Of a stretch of DNA of 58,910 nucleotides, positions 39,342 through 47,658 are shown piece after piece. Every line of letters starts with the position of its first letter. Within the stretch, counting starts at the first letter, position 1. Made by a program: the position numbers and the translations under genes. Source of the stretch: a virus; IMG/VR virus record IMGVR_UViG_3300017694_000001, positions 1 to 58,910 of that record. One strand, given 5' to 3'. The notes beneath the pieces were generated by a model. That model had not been told where the DNA came from and did not search any database. It was given only the letters and a program-made list of their open reading frames with translations.

Positions 39342-40654
39342 GCTTACTAGAAAAAGCCGCCGCCACGCTAGGCCGCGCCCGCGCCGCCTACGATGCGCCG
39401 CTACTCAAGGCGCTGCAAGTGGATAGTATAGGGCGTACGTTGCCTACTGGCTTCACCTATACCGGGGCCAACGGTCCGACGTGGCTCAATTTCGACCAGG
39501 CGTTGAGCAAGGACCAGTACCAGGGCGTAGTATACCTCATCATTAGTTCCATTCTGCGCAAGGCCAACGATGTGCCCTGGGGCGCGTTCCTGCCGGGCAA
39601 GAAAGACGAGCGGGCCGAATTAGTGAGCGCGAACCACCCGCTTAACAGCCTGCTATGGAAGCCCAACCCCCGCGAATCGTGGGCCGACTTAATAGAGGCC
39701 CTGGCCGGCAACCTGCTACTGCGCGGCAACTCCTACGGGCTGGGTATCATCCCAGCAGCTGGCTCGAAAAAAAGCCAGGTAGCCGAATTGTACTGGCTGC
39801 CAGCCGACCGCACCGCCCCGATAGCCGGTGACCGCTGGATTGATTCGGTGAAGGGCTACCAGTTCAAAGAAAACAACGGCGTGCCTGTCAAGTATGAGCC
39901 AGAAGACATTACCCACATCAAGTACTGGCATCCCGATAGCGGCGTGCTAGGGCTTTCGCCGTTGCAGGCAATGGTGAAGATGGTGACAGCCGCCGATAGT
40001 GGCATGAGCGCCCAGGTGCGGCAGTTCCAGAACCAAGGGCCGGCCGGGGTGCTGTTCGATGAAAGCGATGGAGAGCCGTGGAGCCCCGACCAGACGGGGC
40101 GCGTGCGCAGCTATTTCAATAGCTTTTTCAATGGTGGCCGGCGCGATACTGAGCTGCCAATTGTGGGGGGCAAATTAGGCTATGTCAAGTTGGGGCTGTC
40201 GGCGGCCGACCTCTCGGTATTGGAGGCGCTGCAAGTCACCACCCGCCAGCTGTGCAGTGGGTTCGGCTACCCGGCTGAGCTTCTGAACGACAAAGAGGCC
40301 AGTACCTACAATAATGTCAGCGAGGCCCGCAAGGCCGCCTACACCGATGCCGTACTGCCGCTGCTGCGCCGCATCCGGGACGGATTGAACCGCTTCGTCA
40401 CGCCCGGCTACACCGATGGCGCGTTCCTGGATATTATCACTACTGACATTCCTGAGTTACAAGCCGACCGCAAAGCGCAAGCCGAGGGCCTGGGGCTGGC
40501 GTGGTGGATTCCGGTAAAGCGCAAGCAAACCATCATGGGAGAGCCCGCCAACTGGCCCGGGCCCGAGTACATGGTCCCCTCTACGCTAGTAGGCTCCGAC
40601 GAACTAACGGCCGGGGTGCCAGCTGATGCGGCGGCGACCGGGGAGCCGAGCTAA
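39329..40654 (+). CDS. Portal protein (HK97-family type)
   Basis: 441 aa, directly after terL. ..LLWKPNPRESWADLIEALAGNLLLRGNSYGL.. is a typical portal block. Confidence 0.85.
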   Translation: MGNLSLLEKAAATLGRARAAYDAPLLKALQVDSIGRTLPTGFTYTGANGPTWLNFDQALSKDQYQGVVYLIISSILRKANDVPWGAFLPGKKDERAELVSANHPLNSLLWKPNPRESWADLIEALAGNLLLRGNSYGLGIIPAAGSKKSQVAELYWLPADRTAPIAGDRWIDSVKGYQFKENNGVPVKYEPEDITHIKYWHPDSGVLGLSPLQAMVKMVTAADSGMSAQVRQFQNQGPAGVLFDESDGEPWSPDQTGRVRSYFNSFFNGGRRDTELPIVGGKLGYVKLGLSAADLSVLEALQVTTRQLCSGFGYPAELLNDKEASTYNNVSEARKAAYTDAVLPLLRRIRDGLNRFVTPGYTDGAFLDIITTDIPELQADRKAQAEGLGLAWWIPVKRKQTIMGEPANWPGPEYMVPSTLVGSDELTAGVPADAAATGEPS

Positions 40655-40657
40655 GTT

Positions 40658-41407
40658 ATGAGTACGCTCGACGCCTACCACGCCACCCGCGCCCGCCAAG
40701 AAGCCCTCGTGCCCCGCTACGCCAAGAAGATGCGCCGCGCCCTCCAACTATCGGTAGCGCCCGCCCTGGCTCTGCACGAAGCCGGAGCCTCACCCGAGCT
40801 AGCGGCGGCTGGCGTCACGAGCAAGGAGGTAATCACCGTACTCGTGGCGCTGTACGTGGACTGCGGGTTAGCGGAGGCGCGCATCACCTACAACAGCCTG
40901 ACGCCCGCCGTGAAGGCCCTGGCTCCGGTGGCGCTCGTCAGCCAGTGGGGGGCGCGACTACGTGGCTTCATCACGGGCGAAGGCGCGGAGTCGGTGCGGC
41001 GCATCACCGAAACCACCCGCAAGAAGGTGAAGGCCGTGCTCCAGCAAGCCGCGGCAGCCGGCGACGGGGTAGCCGTAGCGGCCAAGAAGCTGCGCGACGA
41101 GGTGGCGGCGTTCTCGGTAGTGCGGAGCAAGCGCATTGTGCGGACGGAGTTGGTCAGCGCATCCAACTACGGTAGCACGCTAGGGGCTGAGGCAACGGGG
41201 CTGCGTTTGGAGAAGTTTTGGATAGCTACCCCTGACGGCAGGACCAGGCCCGAGCACGCAGCGGCCGATGGGCAGGGCGCGCCATTGCAGGGTGGCATGT
41301 TTACTGTTGGTGGGTATCCGTGCCGCTACCCAGGCGACCCTATTTTGCCAGCTGGTGAAAGGTGCAACTGCCGGTGCAGCGTAGGCTTCAGAAAACCAAT
41401 AATCTAG
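40658..41407 (+). CDS. Head morphogenesis protein (Mu gpF / SPP1 gp7 family)
   Basis: 249 aa. ..RIVRTELVSASNYGS..KFWIATPDGRTRPEHAAADGQ.. is the family signature. Confidence 0.85.
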   Translation: MSTLDAYHATRARQEALVPRYAKKMRRALQLSVAPALALHEAGASPELAAAGVTSKEVITVLVALYVDCGLAEARITYNSLTPAVKALAPVALVSQWGARLRGFITGEGAESVRRITETTRKKVKAVLQQAAAAGDGVAVAAKKLRDEVAAFSVVRSKRIVRTELVSASNYGSTLGAEATGLRLEKFWIATPDGRTRPEHAAADGQGAPLQGGMFTVGGYPCRYPGDPILPAGERCNCRCSVGFRKPII

Positions 41408-41420
41408 CGTATATTGCAGT

Positions 41421-41657
41421 ATGACACGCGAAGAGCTAGAGGGTAAAAAAATATGCTGCTCAGATGGCCGTGAGCTATACTTCTGCACACCTGCTGGCGA
41501 TGCCGGTAAGGCGCTATTGGAAATAGACCAAATACTTGTCTATGTCAGCGTTGGCGGCAGTGAGCCTGCGCTAAGCCGCACAACCCTGCAAGATGCTAGC
41601 ATGACATGTCTTGCAGCACAGCTATTAGGGACTGTGCTCGGACTAGAAGTTTCTTAG
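41421..41657 (+). CDS. Hypothetical protein
   Basis: 78-aa track ORF. Confidence 0.5.
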   Translation: MTREELEGKKICCSDGRELYFCTPAGDAGKALLEIDQILVYVSVGGSEPALSRTTLQDASMTCLAAQLLGTVLGLEVS

Positions 41658-41700
41658 CACCCGCCTCACCAGCCGCTTAGGTGGCGTATCTTCACGTAGT

Positions 41701-41925
41701 ATGGCAAAGCATAGCATCACCCTGGGGAATATAACCGTCGCAATACCCATGCCCGAGCAAGTATGTAATCCGCCTAAAATGGAGCATATTGAGGTAGAAG
41801 CCATCGGTATAAGCACAGTAGACGGAAAGCAAAAAACAATGGCCTTGCTTGTGCCAGCCAAGGAGATTAAAAGCCCAGCGGCACTAATTGCCTACGTGGC
41901 GGAAAATGCCTTCTTGGTGCCCTAG
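41701..41925 (+). CDS. Hypothetical protein
   Basis: 74-aa track ORF. Confidence 0.5.
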   Translation: MAKHSITLGNITVAIPMPEQVCNPPKMEHIEVEAIGISTVDGKQKTMALLVPAKEIKSPAALIAYVAENAFLVP

Positions 41926-41927
41926 CG

Positions 41928-42098
41928 ATGCCTAGCCGCCCCGCCGCCCACACCTGGCCAAACCATATCTGGTTTATCGCCTACGGCAAGAAGCCGCACA
42001 AGGCCCGCCTGCCTGGTCTGCAAATCGGAACGGCCGGCCGGTATCCGAGTGGCGTGCGTGTGTGGCGCTGCTTCTTCGAGGGGTTGTTGAGTAATTGA
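41928..42098 (+). CDS. Small basic hypothetical protein (56 aa, below track cutoff)
   Basis: Hand translation MPSRPAAHTWPNHIWFIAYGKKPHKARLPGLQIGTAGRYPSGVRVWRCFFEGLLSN. Starts 2 nt after the previous stop. Confidence 0.35.
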   Translation: MPSRPAAHTWPNHIWFIAYGKKPHKARLPGLQIGTAGRYPSGVRVWRCFFEGLLSN

Positions 42099-42129
42099 AT
42101 CATATTTGCACATCCTTTCTGGGGGATGC

Positions 42130-42156
42130 GGTATTAGCATGTGGTGTGCTAATACC
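42130..42156 (+). other. Perfect 10-bp stem hairpin preceding the terminator
   Basis: GGTATTAGCA (42130..42139) pairs with TGCTAATACC (42147..42156), with a 7-nt loop. Confidence 0.6.
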
Positions 42157-42161
42157 AACCA

Positions 42162-42190
42162 AAGCCTCGCCATATCGGCGGGGCTTTTTT
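42162..42190 (+). terminator. Strong rho-independent terminator
   Basis: AAGCCTCGCC (42162..42171) pairs with GGCGGGGCTT (42177..42186; one G-U pair), followed by a TTTTTT run to 42190. Confidence 0.8.
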
Positions 42191-42207
42191 GTGCCCCAAA
42201 AGCGCGC

Positions 42208-42278
42208 CTACGGGAGTTGTAGCGCGGTTCTTGGGCGGGCGCGGCGAGTTTGGGGGTGGCTGGGAGAAACTTTGGGAC
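42208..42278 (+). promoter_or_regulatory. Late leader module, copy 2
   Basis: Exact 21-mer at 42208..42228. Box AAACTTTG at 42267..42274. The ATG at 42279 is 71 nt from the motif start. Confidence 0.7.
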
Positions 42279-43040
42279 ATGAAGCTCAGCCGCCCGTTTC
42301 TATCCATCAAGGACATCGACCCTAGCGGGCGAACCGTGCAATTCTACGGCAGCGCCTTCGGCAACGAAGACAGCGACGGCGATATTATCATGCCAGGCGC
42401 GTTCAAGAAATCCATTCAGGAGAACGGCCCGGCTAGTGTGCAGCCGCGCATTAAGCACCTGCTGCAACACGACACCTACGCTATCATCGGCAAGTTCACC
42501 GAACTTATTGAAGATAGCAAAGGGCTGCTGTGTACCTCCGTTTTGGCCGATACCGAGCAAGCTAACGATGCGCTGGCCCTTTACCAACTCGACTTGTTCG
42601 AGCACAGTATCGGCTACCGCACGGTAAAGAGCGAAATTGACAACACCGACCCCGAAAACCCGGTGCGCCGCCTTACGGAAGTGAAGCTGTGGGAGGTGTC
42701 TTCTGTGACGTGGGGGGCCAACGCTGATACGCCCTTGGTAGGTATAAAAGGATTTGACCCCGGCCAAGTAGCCACCCAACAACAGGTCGTAGTGGCCGTG
42801 GATGCACTTAATGCGCGCATGGGCAAGCTATTCAAAGCCCTGCGGACCGGCAACCTACTGGATTCGACTTACGAGCATTTACAGGCAGAGGCTGACTCCC
42901 TGCAAACCGCCTACAAAGGACTGATTTCACTCCCTGCCAAGCAGGAGCCGGCACAAAGCCACTCCGAGGCCGTGGTGGAGCCGAGCGGCAAAGAACTGGC
43001 GGAGGCTTTTACCAAAAACCTCACAATTCTACACGCTTAA
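42279..43040 (+). CDS. Prohead protease (HK97 family, S78)
   Basis: 253 aa from the ATG at 42279. ..GSAFGNEDSDGDIIMPGAFKKSI..KHLLQHD..HSIGYR..WEVSSVTWGAN... Confidence 0.85.
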   Translation: MKLSRPFLSIKDIDPSGRTVQFYGSAFGNEDSDGDIIMPGAFKKSIQENGPASVQPRIKHLLQHDTYAIIGKFTELIEDSKGLLCTSVLADTEQANDALALYQLDLFEHSIGYRTVKSEIDNTDPENPVRRLTEVKLWEVSSVTWGANADTPLVGIKGFDPGQVATQQQVVVAVDALNARMGKLFKALRTGNLLDSTYEHLQAEADSLQTAYKGLISLPAKQEPAQSHSEAVVEPSGKELAEAFTKNLTILHA

Positions 43041-43046
43041 TCCATT

Positions 43047-44285
43047 ATGGACGCTGAAAAGCAATTGGCGGAATTTAAAACCGCACTAGCCGACACCGGC
43101 AAGCAGATTGACGATAAGGTCAATGCAGTGAACGCCAAAGCTGAGGCTGGCGAGAAAATCGGCAAAGACAACACCAGCGAGATTCAGAAGCTGGTAAAGT
43201 CTTACCAAGACCAGCAAAAACACATCGATGACCTCGCCGCTGAAGTTGCCCGCAACAAAGGCGACCGCAGCATCATGCAGGAGCAGAAGATGCCCGGCGA
43301 CCTGCTGCGCGAAGCGCTCGAAAGCAACACTGCTTTTGCCGAACTGCGCAAAAACGGCAAGGGCCGCGCCACCTTCAAACTGGACGAGGTAAAGTCAGCC
43401 GACGCCTTGCAGCAAAAGGCCACCATGCTGACCACGGGCGTAGCCCCCGGCACCACCATCCAGCCGCAATACGTCCCCGGCATCATTGCCTCCAATCTGC
43501 GGCGCACCACGCTGCTGGACATGATTCCGGTGGCCCCCACCAGCAGCAACGCGATTACGTACCTGCGTGAATCGTCGTACAACTCGAACGCTGCCTACGT
43601 GGCAGAGGGCGCGCTGAAGCCTGAAGACGACTTGGCGCTCCAGCAAATCACGGCCCCCGTGGAGACGCTGGCCACCACCATGCGCATTGCCAAGCAGCTG
43701 CTGGACGATTTGCCCGCGCTAGTTGGCTACATTTCGGCGCGTGCTCCGCAGAAAATGCGTCTAGTGAAAGAACTGAATGTGATTTACGGCTCGGGCACCA
43801 ACGGCCAGCTCACCGGCCTGGCCACCGTGGCCTCACCATTCGCTGCCGACCCGACGCTCATTGTAGCAGCCCCGAACAACTACGACGTGTTAGGCGCGGC
43901 CATTCTGCAAGCGCAGATTGCCGAGTACTTCCCCACGGGCATTGTGATTCACCCGGTGGATGAGTACCTGATGCTGCACGCCAAGGACAGCCAGAACCGC
44001 TACCTGTTCCCCGAAATGCGCGATGGCTACATCGGCTCGGTGCGCTACGCCACCTCGACGCTGGCGCAGCTGAAAGGCAACTTCCTGACTGGCGATATGG
44101 CCTTGGGCTGCCAGTTGTTCCAGCGCCAAGGCCTGGAAATCGAAATGTTCGACCAAGACCGCGACAACGTGGTGCGCAACCTCATCACGATTCGCGTGGA
44201 AGAGCGCCACGCCTTCGCGGTGTACCGCCCCGATGCGTTCGTGTATGGCAATTTCGCTACAGCTAAAACCGACCTAGCCTCCTAA
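43047..44285 (+). CDS. Major capsid protein (HK97 fold)
   Basis: 412 aa. Has an N-terminal coiled-coil delta-like region followed by typical capsid blocks (..ITYLRESSYNSNAAYVAEGALKPE..). Follows the protease gene. Confidence 0.9.
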   Translation: MDAEKQLAEFKTALADTGKQIDDKVNAVNAKAEAGEKIGKDNTSEIQKLVKSYQDQQKHIDDLAAEVARNKGDRSIMQEQKMPGDLLREALESNTAFAELRKNGKGRATFKLDEVKSADALQQKATMLTTGVAPGTTIQPQYVPGIIASNLRRTTLLDMIPVAPTSSNAITYLRESSYNSNAAYVAEGALKPEDDLALQQITAPVETLATTMRIAKQLLDDLPALVGYISARAPQKMRLVKELNVIYGSGTNGQLTGLATVASPFAADPTLIVAAPNNYDVLGAAILQAQIAEYFPTGIVIHPVDEYLMLHAKDSQNRYLFPEMRDGYIGSVRYATSTLAQLKGNFLTGDMALGCQLFQRQGLEIEMFDQDRDNVVRNLITIRVEERHAFAVYRPDAFVYGNFATAKTDLAS

Positions 44286-44288
44286 GCG

Positions 44289-44549
44289 ATGAAAGTTGAA
44301 CTGCTAAAAGACGTGCTCACTCCGCATAACGGGGTGGGCCGCGCAGGCCAAGTAGTCGAAATGAGCGATGCGCAAGGCCGCCAGTATATCAGCAAGGAGT
44401 TGGCAAAAGAGGCCGCCGCTGATGCTGAGGCACTGCCGCCCGACCCGAAGCCGGGTGCCGCAAAGCCGCTTACCCGCGACACCCTGAAAGAAGATAAGAA
44501 GGGAACCGCCCGCGATACCAAGCCCACCGGCCCGTCCGAAACCAAGTAG
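44289..44549 (+). CDS. Hypothetical head-associated protein
   Basis: 86-aa track ORF between the capsid and connector genes. Confidence 0.5.
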   Translation: MKVELLKDVLTPHNGVGRAGQVVEMSDAQGRQYISKELAKEAAADAEALPPDPKPGAAKPLTRDTLKEDKKGTARDTKPTGPSETK

Positions 44550-44552
44550 CCC

Positions 44553-45170
44553 ATGCCCACCGCCCGTGTCATAACGCCCCCCTCCCCTGCCAGTGAGCCC
44601 GTTAAATTGGGCTTGCTAGTAGCGCATGTGCGGGCCGATATTGACGCGACGCTGGTAGCGGCCCATGTAGCCACCCCAAACACCATGCCCACCAACGCCG
44701 ACCCGGCGCTGTGGGCAGAATTGGACCTGCTGCAACTGTACCTGAGTGGCGCCCGCGAAAAGGTGGAAGCCTATACCGGACGCTACTACGGAGCGCAGCA
44801 ACTGGCCCTTACCTACGAGCTAGGCGAAGGGTATCTGCTCCCTTCGGGGGCTACGGCGGTAAGTGTGAGCGGGTTCTTTGCTTCGCTGGCGACGCTGGCG
44901 GCTTTTGACTTCGAGGAATACCGCAAGGGTATCAGCACCAACCGGCAGATGCCCTGGGGCGTGGCGATGCAGCAGACCTTCACGGTCGTAGCGGATACGA
45001 CAGGGGATACGCAGTATGCGAATATGGTCAAACGGGCCATTTTGGAGATTGCGGGCGAATGGTACCGAAACCGGGAAACGACGGTATCCGGCGTGGCGGT
45101 CATTAGCGAGCTGCCGGTGAGTTGGAAGGTCACGCTAGCTGAGGCGCGGGTAACCGTGCTCGGGGAGTAA
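44553..45170 (+). CDS. Head-tail connector (gp6-like) protein
   Basis: 205 aa. Called from synteny after the capsid gene and the ..LYLSGAREKVEAYTGR.. block. Confidence 0.55.
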   Translation: MPTARVITPPSPASEPVKLGLLVAHVRADIDATLVAAHVATPNTMPTNADPALWAELDLLQLYLSGAREKVEAYTGRYYGAQQLALTYELGEGYLLPSGATAVSVSGFFASLATLAAFDFEEYRKGISTNRQMPWGVAMQQTFTVVADTTGDTQYANMVKRAILEIAGEWYRNRETTVSGVAVISELPVSWKVTLAEARVTVLGE

Positions 45171-45502
45171 TGGGCCGCCTCAATTCCGGCGACCTCGACC
45201 AGCGCATTACGCTGCTCACGCCTGGCAAAGCCGTCTCGGACGGGCGCGGCGGCCAAAAGCCCAGCACGCAAGCCGACACCGAAACCAAGTTGTGGGCGAA
45301 AGTCCGGCCGCTATCCGGGCGTGAACTGCTCGAATTAGGCCAGACCAACAACCCCACGGCCTACGAAATCACGATACGCCACCATCCGGTGGCAGTCGGC
45401 CAGAAGGTGCGGTGGAAAGCGGACACATTCAACATTCAGCGCGTGCAGAGCGACACCAGCAACGAATTTCACAAGCTAACCTGCTTCAGCAGTGGCAAAT
45501 AG
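45170..45502 (+). CDS. Head-tail adaptor / head closure protein
   Basis: 110 aa. ..DQRITLLTP..DGRGG....LWAKVRPLSGRE..YEITIRHH..FNIQRV.. matches the Phage_H_T_join pattern. Confidence 0.75.
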   Translation: MGRLNSGDLDQRITLLTPGKAVSDGRGGQKPSTQADTETKLWAKVRPLSGRELLELGQTNNPTAYEITIRHHPVAVGQKVRWKADTFNIQRVQSDTSNEFHKLTCFSSGK

Positions 45503-45848
45503 TGTCAGTGTTGAGTTGAGAGGAATCAATAACCTGCTCGATAAGGCCAAACTGCTGATTCCTCGGGTAAGGGCTGGCGTGCAACAAACGATAGCTGAAA
45601 CCGCGCTGCTGATTGAAACGGATGCCAAGCTGCTTGCGCCGGTTGATACCGGCCGGCTGCGGGCCTCAATACATGCCGAAATAGCCCCCAACGGGCTCTC
45701 GGCAGTGGTTTATACAAACGTGAGCTACGCCCCCGCGCAAGAATTTGGGACGAGGCGGCACCGGGCGCAACCCTTCTTGTTCCCGGCTTATGAAAAGAAC
45801 CGGGCGGCCTTCCTGGCGAATATGAAACGTAATCTAAAACTGTTTTAG
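45492..45848 (+). CDS. HK97 gp10-family tail-attachment protein
   Basis: 118 aa with GTG start. ..AKLLAPVDTGRLRASI..YAPAQEFGTRRHRAQPFLFPA... Confidence 0.75.
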   Translation: MANSVSVELRGINNLLDKAKLLIPRVRAGVQQTIAETALLIETDAKLLAPVDTGRLRASIHAEIAPNGLSAVVYTNVSYAPAQEFGTRRHRAQPFLFPAYEKNRAAFLANMKRNLKLF

Positions 45849-46336
45849 TGAACCCGCTCAAATACCTCTCCCCCGCCCTCTACACCCGCCTGGCCAGCCC
45901 CGCGCTGACTGTGGCCGGCGTGGATGTACCGGTATTTGAGCACCTGCCGAAGCCCGAGGCTGGCCACTACGTGCTGTTGCAGCAGCCTACCCATAGCAAG
46001 CTGCCCGGCTCGGTTGGCTGCCGGGGTTGGAGCTGCACGGCGCTTATCGACATCATCACGCAGTTCCAACCCGGCTTTGTCAGTAGCGAGCCCAGCGACG
46101 AACTGCTAGACCAGATTACCGACCGCCTCGAAGACCAGCGGCTTTTGCTGCCCGGCTTCGATTGCGGCCCGGCCACCTTCGAGCCCAGCCTTCAGACACT
46201 CGATGAAACCGATGGGAAATTGGCGGCCGTGCGGCGGCTTATTCGCTTCCGATGGGATGTGTACTACCACGGGGCAGTATCGGGTGGGAGTGCGCTGCGG
46301 GCTATCAATGCCCAGCGGTTGCGGGCTATTCACTGA
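45848..46336 (+). CDS. Tail terminator / tail completion candidate
   Basis: 162 aa with GTG start. Called from synteny only. Confidence 0.45.
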   Translation: MNPLKYLSPALYTRLASPALTVAGVDVPVFEHLPKPEAGHYVLLQQPTHSKLPGSVGCRGWSCTALIDIITQFQPGFVSSEPSDELLDQITDRLEDQRLLLPGFDCGPATFEPSLQTLDETDGKLAAVRRLIRFRWDVYYHGAVSGGSALRAINAQRLRAIH

Positions 46337-46362
46337 TTTTAAACTTCTAATTTCTTACGCCA

Positions 46363-46812
46363 ATGACTTCCATTGTAAACGCGAAGGACGTAATTTTTGC
46401 CTTCAACGGCATCGTGATTGGCTGCGCTCAGGCCACCACCCTTACTGTAACCCAAGCTATTGATGCCGCTACCTGCACCGCATCAGGCGGTTGGTCGCAG
46501 GGCTCTGCTGGCATCAAAAGCTGGACTGCCAACGTGAGCGCCATTTACCGTGAGTTTGACTCGACCAGCGCACCGCTCAACGTGAGTGGCGATGATGTGT
46601 TCGATGCTATTGATTCGGGCTCGGAAATCGACATTGAGTACGGCCTAAATACCACTGGCAGCGTCCGCTATAAGGGCAAGGCATTCGTCAGCAACTGGAC
46701 GCTCAGCAAGCCCGACACTGGCAACGTTACGTGGTCGGCTGACCTGACCGGCAATGGCCCGCTCGAAAAGTACACGCTGCAAGCAGCCGATGTGCTGCCC
46801 ATTCCCGCCTAG
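46363..46812 (+). CDS. Major tail protein
   Basis: 149 aa. Called from synteny (immediately upstream of the G/GT chaperone pair and tape measure) and its beta-rich composition. Confidence 0.6.
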   Translation: MTSIVNAKDVIFAFNGIVIGCAQATTLTVTQAIDAATCTASGGWSQGSAGIKSWTANVSAIYREFDSTSAPLNVSGDDVFDAIDSGSEIDIEYGLNTTGSVRYKGKAFVSNWTLSKPDTGNVTWSADLTGNGPLEKYTLQAADVLPIPA

Positions 46813-46814
46813 TA

Positions 46815-47321
46815 ATGAGCAACATCATCACGGGTGAGCAAACTATGCAGATTGGAGGGGCCATTCGGCCCTTCCATATCGGCACCCTGCAAACAGCAAT
46901 CTTCTGCGAACTGGCTCCAGCTGGATTTGATTTGCAGGATTACCACCAACTGTTCACGCAGATTGGGGTAAACCAATTCTATGCCCAGCAAGCCCGCGAA
47001 AAGAACGAGCTATTTGAGCCCGCTGGACGCAAGGCGCTCACGCCCACCGAAAACGCCCACTTTCTCTATTCTGCGCTAGCCGCTGGCGTACGCCGCCTTA
47101 AGCGGCCGGTTGATTTCACGGTGGAGGATGTAATGGGGTGGATTGACGACGCCGAAAATGGGGAAGATGAGTTGGCGTTGCAAGAGGCAGCGAAGCCCTT
47201 CGCCGTTCACTACGCAATGCTAACGCAAAAGCTTGACCGCCAAGCGAAGCGGGCGGGAAACGCCCTAGCCCCGACAGCGACAGTGATGAGCGCGAGCCGG
47301 GGCGAGATTCCTACGGCATAA
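46815..47321 (+). CDS. Tail assembly chaperone (gpG-like)
   Basis: 168 aa and acidic. Called from position before the tape measure gene. Confidence 0.65.
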   Translation: MSNIITGEQTMQIGGAIRPFHIGTLQTAIFCELAPAGFDLQDYHQLFTQIGVNQFYAQQAREKNELFEPAGRKALTPTENAHFLYSALAAGVRRLKRPVDFTVEDVMGWIDDAENGEDELALQEAAKPFAVHYAMLTQKLDRQAKRAGNALAPTATVMSASRGEIPTA

Positions 47322-47653
47322 GTTGGGCCGCCACGCTGCATGAAGCCGTAGCGGTGCTTGGCTTGCTGCCAGATGAGTTCTGGCGGCTGGCTTGGCCAGA
47401 CTATGACGATTTGCTTTACCACCACCGCTACCAAGAGCAGCAGGCACTAGCCGGGCACCGGATGGTGGCCACGCAGGTCTACAACGCCATGCAAGGCTTT
47501 GCCACTACGCCCAAGGGCAAAACGGAAGCGGAGTACCGCAGCCTACCGCTAATTGACCCGCCCCCGCCACCCCCACCCCCTGTTAGCTTCTGGGAGCGCA
47601 TTAAAAATCACGCCACGCGCGCTGGCCTTCGCTGGGCTGCGCCAACCGACTAA
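46815..47653 (+). CDS. gpGT-like frameshift fusion product (46815..47261, then -1 to 47653)
   Basis: Track ORF 47354..47653 lies in the -1 frame relative to the chaperone. This is the classical siphovirus arrangement. Confidence 0.6.
47255..47261 (+). other. -1 programmed frameshift slippery heptamer G_GGA_AAC
   Basis: The X_XXY_YYZ pattern is in the zero frame of 46815..47321. The -1 frame is open from 47237 to 47653. Confidence 0.65.
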
Positions 47654-47658
47654 CTCCT

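Noticed and set aside
41922-42173. The minus-strand 83-aa ORF at the end of the head-morphogenesis block.
   Set aside because: It spans the hairpin/terminator region and overlaps a better-placed plus-strand small ORF (41928..42098). No promoter or partner genes lie on that strand.
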